Source: Octopus sinensis | Lineage: Eukaryota | Assembly (NCBI RefSeq): GCF_006345805.1 | Contig: NC_042997.1 | Coordinates: forward strand, 73,222,001 to 73,286,000 | Direction: 5' to 3' | DNA length: 64,000 bases | Part shown: piece by piece, positions 25,809 to 36,504 of the stretch | How the letters are laid out: each line of letters opens with the position of its first letter | How positions within the stretch are numbered: position 1 is the stretch's first letter | Made by a program: the position numbers and the translations under genes | The notes under the pieces: model-generated | Told to the model about the DNA's origin: nothing | Database searches by the model: none | What the model saw: only the letters and a program-made list of their open reading frames with translations

Positions 25809-25949
25809 AATTTAAATTTTCTAAAGGTTAGTTGCCCGTTTTCAGTTTCAATTTTCCTGTAACAAGCGGATTATAAGTGGATAAAACAGTGTATTTGGCT
25901 TTAGAATAACCCTCTTTAGCCCTTAATTATATGATGTATATATATATAT

Positions 25950-25983
<34 letters not shown>

Positions 25984-26569
25984 ATATATGTATGTATGTA
26001 TGCATGTATGTATGTATGTATGTATGTATGTATGTATGTATGTATGTATGTATGTTTTCGGATTATGGCTGCTGTTGCTTAGTGAGTGGGATTGACTCAG
26101 TGCACAGCCTTTCCTCACTTAAAAAAAATCTTCCTGCACAGGCATTGCAGGGTAACAACATTGTTCATGATTGTTGATGGTGCTGTGAGTCTCAATTGAA
26201 TGGCTGGCTGTAGCCTTAAAAAGCAAATAAAATTCACATTCGATCACAGCACCTTTAACGGTTAAGCCTCGTGCAATGGCCATACTTGATAACGAGGGAG
26301 CAGCCATCGTGTATGTATGTACGTATATACACACACGAAGATAAATTGTGTGGGCAAACAAAAATATGAGATACTGTCTAGTGGTTTTTTAAAATTTTGA
26401 TAAGCCTGGTACTTATTTTATCAGTTTCTTCTTGTGAAACCTGTAAGTTTTAGGGATGTAAATAAACGAACACCAGTTGTGAGGCAGTGATGAAGGAGAA
26501 ACACAAAGATACACACACAGACTTACATATATACATACACATATATACGATTGATTTCTTTCATTTTCT

Positions 26570-26714
26570 GTCTACAAAATCTTCTGTCAAGTCTTTGGTT
26601 GGTCTGAGGCTATAGCAGAAGACACACGTCAAGTCACCACACAGTGGGACTGAACCCAGGACCATGTGTTTTGGAACGAAGTTTGTTACCACACAGCCAC
26701 ACCTGCACCTATGT
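26570..26714 (-). mobile_element. tRNA-derived SINE with an inverted duplicate of its head at 26884-26939
   Basis: Family homology; arms 54/56 identical. Confidence 0.85.
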
Positions 26715-27129
26715 ATGCGAGTGTGTGTATGTGTGTATGGGTGTATATATGTATGTACGTACATATGTGAATGTATATGAGTATATATTACATGTACATC
26801 TACACATATACATGTATATATATACATCTATATGTATAGAAATAAATGTATATATACAGCTATGCACATATACACACACACAAACATAGGTGCAGGTATG
26901 GCTGTGTGGTAACAAACTTAGTTCCAAAACACATGGTCCTCGGTTTAAATTTAAATTTAAAATAATAAGTGTGAGAAATTGAATATTAATTTGATGAATA
27001 TGAATTGAAAACCAGTGGTGTAGCATATAAGACCATAGCGGATCTTCTTCTAGCAAAATGGATGTCCACTGTTAATGGTTCAACCCTCTAATATAATAGT
27101 TTGACTTTAATAGTTTCAGTATTAAGGTG

Positions 27130-27535
27130 AAAGTATCTGACATTACAACAGAGAAATGTTTTTGTTTCACTTTTAACACGTAATACTGAAATAGTGAAGA
27201 AGATATGATATTGCTGTGGGCTCGCCCTAAGCAAGAAGCTAGAATTTGTTTCGCCCATGAGACTACATGGACCCTAAGTAAGGCAGGTGTAAAATGACAT
27301 TGGTTGTGTAGTACTCAAGTATTAGGAATCCATAGTGGAGAAGATATGATATTGCTGTGGGGTCGCCCTAGGTAAAAAGTTAAACATTCTTTTTTGCCCA
27401 TGACACTCCCTGGATGCTAAGTAAGGCATGTGTAAAATTTGAATTAAATTGGTTGTTTAGTTCTCAAGTTTTAGGGATTCACACAGACAGACAGACAGAC
27501 ATACAGACACACATTCTCAGCTTTATATATATAGA
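27130..27535 (-). mobile_element. Helitron 5' portion with (GACA)n and an internal tandem duplication
   Basis: A|TCTATATATATAAAGCTGAG terminus on the minus strand; gaagatatgatattgctgtggg.tcgcccta repeated about 140 bp apart. Confidence 0.65.
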
Positions 27536-27638
27536 TTATAGATATATATCCGCATTAGGGTATTTGCAGGTATATATTTGTATGTGTACATATGCGTATT
27601 TGTTATACATGTATATATATATATGTATACATACACAC

Positions 27639-27700
<62 letters not shown>

Positions 27701-27744
27701 GCACGTATATTTACTTTGACGGATATTTGTCCTCATCTTGTTTG

Positions 27745-27795
27745 TTGTTAACTCAACGTTTCGGCTGATATGCCCTCCAGCCTTCATCAGGTTGG
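27745..27795 (-). ncRNA. Penelope-type hammerhead core (stem I degenerate) at the 3' end of a tRNA-headed element
   Basis: Minus strand: CTGATGA A GGCTG gagggcatat CAGCC GAA ACGT T. Confidence 0.6.
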
Positions 27796-27870
27796 GGAAA
27801 TTTCGAACCTGGATTCTTATTCCTAAGGTATTTTTTCGATGTTGTTATAATTATTATTATTATTATCATG

Positions 27871-27946
<76 letters not shown>

Positions 27947-27948
27947 GT

Positions 27949-28089
27949 CAGGTCACTGCCTGGAATAGAACTCGGAATCTTAGGGTTAGTAGCCCACGCT
28001 CTTAACCACTACGCCATATGCCCACGTGATGTTTAAGAGCGCAGGCTACTAATCCCAAGTTTCCGAGTTCGATTCCAGGCAGTGACCTG
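27949..28089. mobile_element. Head-to-head pair of tRNA-derived SINE heads flanked by (ATT)n 27847-27946 and (AAT)n 28091-28167
   Basis: caggtcactgcctggaat...attccaggcagtgacctg inverted; A box tggcgtagtgg, B box gagttcgattcc. Confidence 0.88.
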
Positions 28090-28157
<68 letters not shown>

Positions 28158-28174
28158 TAATAATAACATTGAAT

Positions 28175-31041
28175 GTTAGGAAAACCTTAAGGTTGACAAG
28201 ACTACCAAACCTACAAAAACCCAAAAATTAAAGAAAAAATATATGAAAACTATACTTGATATTGATGCCACCATAGAAGCCATCAAGCAAAAACTGCCCG
28301 CATAGCGAGGTATGAAAAGTGTGCTAGATTCTTCAAAGACAACAACATGTTCAAAAATAGCCCCAAAAATGTTTACAGGAAGATAGGGAACACACCAGTT
28401 ACTGTAAAGTCTGTACCATCAAAAGACGAAGTGCACGGTTTTTGGAATAAAATTTGGGCAGAAGAAAAAACACACAACGAAAAGGCCCCTTGGATTGATA
28501 GAATAGCTACCGACTTATACTCCTTAGAGGAGCAAAAGTGGGGGAGGGTGTCAAGGTAGAAGATGTAAGATCTGCTCTCAGAAGGTCAAGCAAATGGAAG
28601 TCTCCGGGAAAGGATAAAATTCCTAACTTCTGGTTGAATGCCTTCCCAGAGAGCTATGAATTGCTAACAGAACTTTACAATGATGTTTTGCAACACGCTA
28701 GTAGGATGCCTGCTTGGCTAGCTATTGGTTTAACATTCTTGCTTCCAAAAAGTGAAGAAACAAATTAACCAAGATACTATAGACCCATAACCTGCTTAAC
28801 AACTATGTATAAAACGCAAACATCTGTCCTGATGGAATATACCTATAGTTTTTTAATAGACATCAGCATATTCCCTAATGAACAGAAAGGATGTAAACGT
28901 GGATCCTATGGTTGTAAAGATCAGCTACTCATCAATAAGATGATCTTAGAAGATTGTCACAAACGACACAAAAACTTGTCAATAGACTGGATAGACTATA
29001 AAAAGGCTTTTACTAGCCTACCACATAGCTGGATAAAGAAATGCCTAGAAATGTACAAAATAGCGCCTACTCTGCGAAACATTTTGTCTGTAAGTATGAG
29101 ATCATGGAGAACCACACTAACTTTGAACAGTGACGATGAATCTCTAAATGCTGGTGATGTAAAAATTTCACGTGGCATTTTCCAGGGCGACTCACAATCA
29201 CCACTCCTCTTTTGTTTAGCCTTAATAACTCTCTCAAAATTGCTCAATGACGCACAGTACGGATATAAAATATTGGATAAAAATATAAATCATCTCATTT
29301 ACATGGATGATTTAAAGCTCTTTGCAAAAAATGACCAACAACTCAATTGTTAAACAATTCACCGATGACATCAGAATGCAATTTGGCCTCGATAAATGTG
29401 CAAAAGCTACCTTTATCAAAGGAAAAATGACAGAAACATCTAACGTTTATCTCGACCAGCAGAATGTCATAAAAGAGTTAGACCCAGCGGAGAGCTACAA
29501 GTACCTAGGGGTAATTGAAGGAGATGGAATAAGGCATTTAGTGATGAAGGAATGGATCATGAGAGAATGTTATCGCAGAGTAAGAGCAATACTCAAGACA
29601 GAGCTGAATGCAAAAAACAGGATCGAAGCGATCAATGCATTAGCCATACCAGTTGTGACTTACAGTTTCAATATCGTTAACTGGTCAATTACTGAAATAT
29701 GTAATCTTGACAGAAAAATACGAAAACTGTTGACAATGCATAGAATGTACCACCCTAAGGCAGATATAGATCGACTTTATCTACCAAGAAAATAGGGAGG
29801 CCGTGGACTTTTACAACTGGCAATAACAGTGAAGGTTGCTACAATTGGCCTAGACACCTACCTGAAAAATCTGAGGACTGGATCTTAAAACCTGTCTCAA
29901 AACATGAAAACAAGAAAGCATCATACTCAGTAACAAAACAGGCAAAGGAATATCTAAATGAATTCCAAATATAACAAATTCCGGAATTAGACACACAAGA
30001 AACAAGCAAAGAAAAAGCTAAGCGCATGAAAACCCGTGCCAAAACTGCTGCCTTATATATTCTGAATGCTAAATGGCAAGAAAAACCTCTCAATGGCAAA
30101 TACCCAAAGAGAGTGAATAATGCAGATGTTGACAAATCCCTGACCCATCAATGGCTAATGGCCTCTGGCTTAAAATCTGAAACAAGGGTTTATCATAGCA
30201 GCTCAAGTACTACCAGGCCAACATATTAAAGAATGGCAGTAGCCCAACATGTCGAGTATGTCAACAACAAAATGAAACCATTGATCATGTTGTCTCCAAG
30301 TGCGGTGTTCTTGCGCCTACAGAGTATCTCAACAAGCATAATAGAGCTGCACAATATATTCACTGGGTAATTTGCAGAAGGCTGGACTTACCCCATGATA
30401 AAAACTGGTGGGACTTACCCCATGATAAAAACTGGTGGGACTTACCCCATGATAAAAACTGCAGTGCTTGAAAGTGACCACATCTCACTCCCCTGGAACT
30501 TCACCATTCAAACTGACAGAAAGATAGACGCCAATAGGCCAGACATCATAGTAAAAGACTTCAGACAAAAAACATGCCTCCTCATTGATATGACTGTCCC
30601 AATCGATATAAATGTATCTGTCAAGACCTACCAGAAACTGAGCAAATATAAAGATCTTGAAATAGAAATCAGCAAAATGTGGAACCTGAAGACTAAAACA
30701 ATACCTGTTGTCATAGGTGCTCTGGGAATGATAGCAAAACGGGCTGATTGCTACCTAACTCAGATACCAGGAAACCCAAAAATGGCAGAAATTCAAAAGA
30801 TAGTGCTCATGGGAACTGCTCATATCCTACGCAAAATACTTTCTTTGTAATCTCAAGTTTTAAAACAAGCATAATTTTCGTATGGCTTTTTAGGCATTCA
30901 CTATTACAACACTAAGTACAAAACCAAATATATGGCACCCTAGTCATAACACCAACAGGAACTTCCAACTTGTTGTCTCTTGAGGTCTCTGGGTGAGACT
31001 TGGAGCCAGCTTGTGCAAATGTAAAGCAAAAGTCAAACACC
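28175..31041 (+). mobile_element. 5'-truncated R4/Dong-clade LINE (RT + restriction-like endonuclease), frameshifted, with (TAA)n tail 31042-31207
   Basis: EQKGCKRGSYGCKDQLLINK, WIDYKKAF, GIFQGDSQSP, YMDDLK, ANRPDIIVKD..LLIDMTVP, KYKDLEIEI motifs. Confidence 0.93.
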
Positions 31042-31049
31042 TAATAATA

Positions 31050-31117
<68 letters not shown>

Positions 31118-31174
31118 TCAACAACAACAACAACAACAAAAACAATAATAATAACAACAACAACAACAACAACA

Positions 31175-31211
<37 letters not shown>

Positions 31212-32399
31212 GAAGAAGAAATTAAAAACCAAAACCATCCCTGTTGTTTTAGGTGCCCTGGGAATGACCAAGAACGACACTGATAAACTTTTTAATCACA
31301 CCCTGGGAAAACCAACAATCTATGTGACTCTGAAATTGTGTTGATATTAACCGCCTACATTCCCAGGAAGTTTCTCTCCATCTAAAAGTGAAGTATAACA
31401 TCTATAAAGCGTATGGCACCCAGAAATGTAGACTCCGCGGAAAGAGTGTAGAAAATGTGACCCACCCGGTAAGTGGATGTGAGAGCTTTGCACATGTGAG
31501 AGGAGGAGGAGGAGGAAATTTAAAGATTTGCTGACCGAAGGCGCAATAAAATATAAAGATTTGCTGAACAAAATCGAAAAGACGTTGCATCTCAAGACGG
31601 TTACAATACCCGTGATTGTAGGTTCACTTGAAATGATCAAAAATGGATCACAAATGGAACTGAAGATTACTTGATGATGATCTCTGGATTACCATTCTCG
31701 CAGCACAAAATGATGGTAGTGATGTGGTCCTCCTGATACAGGAGGACCTCTAGGGATAATCGAAGAATCACACCGTCCAAGATCTTCCTGAATACCAAGG
31801 ACAAGTGCCCTCTCCAATTCTAGATGCAATGTAGACCGGACTAGTGAATTGTATAATTAGTAACAGTTGGTAGCTGGTAGTAATTATACTGACATCGAAT
31901 CGATGAACAAAAATTAAGTAAGAAGTTCGAAATGTGAGAAATGATTTCAAGAATGATTTTAGTCAGCTCCCCATTTTATTGACAATAGAGATAACAACAG
32001 CAACCACAATAGGTATGTGTGTGTGTAGGTATGAATATGTACAGAGAGAGAGAGAGAGAAGAGAGAGAGAGATAGAGAGAGAGGGGGAGAGAAAGACACA
32101 GAGAGAGAAAGAGAGAGAGAGAAAGAAGTAAGAGAGGGTTCACAAAAAATACTATAACACTTTCTTTAAAAACTTCTTATATGTAGAGAATGAAATTTAG
32201 GATTAATCCCAAACCCTTTCCATATATATATGTTGACATTACAAGTGCAGTAAAGTATTTCATAAATGAATCTAAATATATTAGGAATACATGCATACAT
32301 GTACACACCTACACGCAAGCATATATATATATATGTGTGTGTGTGTGTGTACACACACGTCTATCTAGCTACATAGGGAGAATTCACGAAAAAGACAAA

Positions 32400-34250
32400 A
32401 GACGAAGAGAGGTGGTGTTGAAAACAAACAGATGTATTAGTTTAACGCTCGGGAAATGAAAAAGTCTTTAACGTATCGAACCTTCGCTCTTCCACAGAAA
32501 GAAACAAGGAGAGAAAAAATGTGTGTAGTGGCTACCGATCTTTCATGGCGAATGCCGGACAGAAGGGTCACACAGGAGAGCGAAGAAGTTGGGGGAGATA
32601 ACAAAGTAGTAGTGATCCCAAAACGAAGGTGCACGTGTGTGTAAGAGAGTACGCATGTGCGTGTGAAAGAGGGCTGGTGATCATGACGAGTGCATATGTG
32701 TATGTGTAGGTGTGAAAATGTGGGGATGGGAATTGGTCAGTGCTGGTGTGTTGTGATGTGTTCTGTGGTATGGTGTAGTGTGGTGTGGCGTGATGTTTTG
32801 GGGAGGTGGAGGAGGCGAGAGTGGGGAAAGCACGGGTGGGGTGTGGGTTAGGCTGAGGGTTGGGTAGAGTTGGGGTAGGTGGGTAGGCAGAGGTTGGGGG
32901 TAGAGGTGAGGCATGTGGGAGAGGGAAGGTGGAGTAGGAATATGTAGGGGTGGGGTGGGCTTATGGGGAGGTTTGACGATGAAGGGGAAGGGGAAGATGG
33001 GTATGAGAGAAGAGAGAAAGAGAATAAGAGAGAAGAGAGAAAGAGAGTAGGGGGAAGAGAAGTAGGAGTCGGAGCAAGAGAGGTGAGGTGGGTGGGAGGA
33101 AGTAGGAGGAATGGGAGAGAAGCAAGAGGAGGACGTTAGATAAAGAGGGGAGGAGAGTTGAGCCCATGTGGTACAAAGGAGCGAAGAGAGAAAATTAATC
33201 CCTGTTCACGGCGCAAACGGGAGTCCGGACTGCTTCTGTGCAAGGACAATCTGAACACGGACAGATGTTGCAAAGAATGACCGGTAGAGCGGAAATGGCG
33301 TGAGATCGGGGTGTCATTGCCGAGGCGGACTGGAGATGCCGGAAGGTTCGGAGTATGGTGCGTTGGAGAGGTAGAGTGTTGGGGTGGTAAATGAGGGGAA
33401 AAGTGAGGCAAGAGACTGCTAGGCGTGTTGGGGGGGGAGAGAGCAGATGCACGGTCCACGGAACGTATTTTGGCAAGGGCGGTGTGTATAGTGGTGAGGG
33501 GATATCCCCGTAGGATGAAATGGCGAGCCATGAGTTGAGACTGAGTCTCAAAGTCATGGTCGTCACTATAGAGCCTGCGTAGACGGAGGAATTGGGAATA
33601 GGGGATGGAAAGACTGGTGTGTTTAGGGTGGGAGGAGGAGAAGTTGAGGTATGAGTGTGATTCTGCGTGTTTGTAGTGGATGGAGGTGGTTGGAGTGGAG
33701 TGATAAATGCTGACTGAAATGTCAAGAAAGGAGACAGAGTTGGGCAGGAGAAGTGGAGGGCAGGATGGAGAGATTTGACAAAAGAGAGGAAGAAGTCTAG
33801 ATGTTCGCGGGAGAGTGAGTTTGAATCGATACAGTCGTCAATATAACGGCCATATAGTTCGGGAGTGGGACCAGTGAAACTTGAGAATATTTGGGCCTCA
33901 ACATAACCAACGAACAGGTTCGCATAGTTGGGGCCCATTATCGTTCCCATGGCCACTCCCGAATATTACTGGTAGAAATCGCCCGCGAACGAGTAGCAGT
34001 TGAGTGAGAGGACAAGTTCAGCCAGACGAACGAGTGTGGAGGTATCAGGTTGGGGGTTGGGTCGGAGGTCAAGGAAGTGTTTCAGTGCACGCAGCCCCTC
34101 GAGGCGAGGGATCACCGTGTAAAGGCTTTGGATGTTGAGAGTGAAGAGATGTTTAGAGGTGCCAGGAGGGAAGGAGAAAGAGTTGAACAGACGAAACCTA
34201 TCCTTATACTGATCTATCAAAGTCAAATCTAAATCTGAAACCGGGTACTG
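32400..34250 (-). mobile_element. Penelope-like retroelement (RT + 3' region + pLTR-like end)
   Basis: LFTLNIQSLYT, AMGTIMGPNYANLFVG, GRYIDDC, REQGLIFSLRSFVPHGLN motifs; hammerhead-like motif at 32466-32501. Confidence 0.88.
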
Positions 34251-35193
34251 CCCCTTAAAACATTCACACGGAATCTAAACATATACCATCATTCTTTACG
34301 CGCGCAATTATGTACATCCCATGACTGTAATTTCAATCATCTTCCAGGGAAAAACGCTCAGTTAATAAAGGGAACTCCAATCATAGAACGTCTACTACAA
34401 CACCAACATCAACATCAAAATGAATTCGTAACACTAAAATTTGCCGCTATTCCTAACACTGGGGATTATGACTACATGACGATTGAATATTTACGCATCT
34501 CTGCGGGGCTTAACGTAAATTCAAAACAACACATTTAGTCATTCTCTATAAAACACACCCAGTTGAAGCCGTACCGGCATGTACTCTTCCCGCAACTCGG
34601 GTACCTAGAAAGAACACAGCGAGCGCAAAAACAAATGAAAAAACTAATTCAACAGTCCCAACACAAAGTTTTTCCACCAACTCGGAAAACTGGAGAACAT
34701 TTTTTTAGCAACACTAAGAAATCAAACAACTGACAAAACTGTCCCTGTAACTAAACCGTCAGCCTGTTAGGTTCATGCGGAACCAAACAGAGCTATCACA
34801 CAATACCAAAACCTGTCGCTACTCCAGTGCAAAAACTAATCTTCTCGCTGCCAATAAGCTATAAGTTTCTTTCGAAGACTAATCCAGTCGCAAAAGTTTT
34901 CTGAGTGCACAAGGTAAATCTCCATAACACTGTTGAAGCAGTACCGGCATGTACTCTTCCCGCAACTCAAAAAGATGGAAAGGTTCGATTCATTTATGAT
35001 TGGGTAGCTGACTACCCTCACCATATTCCTCTCTCCGTTCTTACTGAGACATATCTTTACTTCAGCTTTCAAATGAGAGTTGTTAAGTCGAGTCTCAGTA
35101 AGGACGAAGAAAGGAATATGGTACGGTACATTATCTCAGGAGGCAAGAATACAATCTTGCTTTTCTGTCATGGGGGGACTGACTAAACACTAC

Positions 35194-35443
35194 AGTTTTT
35201 GAATTCAAGAGCTCTCCCCCTCCCTCGATCAAGCGACCTTTTTAGTATCCTTGCCGTCTCGGCTTAGCAAAGTTTACATCATGTTCTTCCGTTGAGATAT
35301 TGGCCAGGCTGTTCCAAGATATTCCATGTAATTCAGTATGGTGTTTCCTCTTCTTTTAAACAAATGAAGACCTGTGGTTATTTAGTCACAGATTAAAAAG
35401 GTCGCTTTATCGGGGAAGGGGAGAGCTCTTGAATTCAAAAACT
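35194..35443. mobile_element. ~250-bp MITE
   Basis: Imperfect TIRs agtttttgaattcaagagctctcccc...aagcgaccttttt / aaaaaggtcgcttt...ggggagagctcttgaattcaaaaact. Confidence 0.8.
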
Positions 35444-35936
35444 CAGTCGGAAATCCCGCTCTTCTCTGTAATTGCTAAACTGTAATGAAAGAGACATCCA
35501 ACATACACACACCCTTGTTGGCGTGGGATAATACAATTGTATAAAGAATAATTCAGAGATGTCATCGCATGAAAAACAATAGTTAATTTAAGTTTTACGT
35601 ATTCTTATTAAAAAGCTAACTAAAAATAAATAACTGCGCTATAAAGTGCAAGAAAGAGTGAGCAAGAAAGAAAATGTTGATGACCATACTTCATTGATGA
35701 GATTAGACTCAAAGCGAAATATTTCAGAAATATGTTCAAGTCTATTACATCTAACAGAAAAATATGAAAATCCATATAATGTTGGCCTTTAAAGGATTGT
35801 ATTATTCTGCAATAAACAACGTAGCATATTAACTTGATGATTCTTTCAGCAGTTAGAGTGAAGGATATGCTTCGCTGATGAGGTCAAAATTTAATCAAAA
35901 CAACACGTCCTGCGTAGTCCCACACACTTCACTGGG

Positions 35937-36504
35937 CTAATGATATTTTTTGATGCTCATGGTGATCCTCTTTTTCGACAACAAGGTCATCATTTACATG
36001 CATTGGGATCCTTGTGGCCAGTCGGTCAACAAAGAGTACTTTGTGGAATTTTTAAAGGTGTTCACGGAGAGAATTCAGCGCAGAAGGCCAGACAGCTTCA
36101 ATCCGAGTCAATGGTACCTGTACCAGGACAATGCACCAGTCCACAAATCCATACTGGTAACTTGACATAGGTAGGCATTAGAAATGTCTCTCTCCTTCCT
36201 GACAACCCACACCTTGCTACCTGTAGCATCTGGTTGTTCCCCAAGCTGGGGTACTCATTTTGAAGACGTTGAAAAGATGGAGGAGGGGGGTGTTACAAGG
36301 ATCCTGGACACCATCACTTTAGATAACTTCTATGGGGCCATCACGAAGTGGCTGGAGCGCCACAAGAAGTGAATTGAAGTCAGAGGATCCAACATTGATC
36401 CAAGAAGATTAGAGGATCCAAGAAGATTAGAGTAGTGTACTACTTTGAAATAAATAAATGTATCGCCTATAAAAATCTAAAAAATAAAACTGGAATGCAC
36501 CTTG
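35937..36504 (+). mobile_element. Mariner transposase 3' relic with right TIR
   Basis: MLMVILFFDNKVIIYMHW, WYLYQDNAPVH, YGAITKWLERHKK; end ctggaatgcaccttg|TA. Confidence 0.85.

Larger units (their letters stand above)
21884..25941. repeat. Tandem array of ~493-bp units with internal inversion: ~2.7 units (21884-23212) head-to-head with ~5.5 units (23213-25941); retrozyme-like
   Basis: Period of 491-493 bp read directly; identical small ORFs recur in the ORF track at that spacing; only scattered single-base differences; (TA)n at both outer ends. Confidence 0.97.

Noticed and set aside
21884-25941. CRISPR array or prokaryotic system
   Set aside because: Units are wholly identical with no variable spacers, and the context is an intron-rich eukaryotic gene.
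27949-28089. Functional tRNA genes
   Set aside because: tRNA-like A/B boxes only, with no complete acceptor stem; they are SINE heads.
31726-31753. ggtcctcctg-ata-caggaggacc hairpin + CTAG as a Helitron end or terminator
   Set aside because: CTAG is only 1 nt from the hairpin and not followed by T; intrinsic terminators are not relevant in this eukaryotic context.
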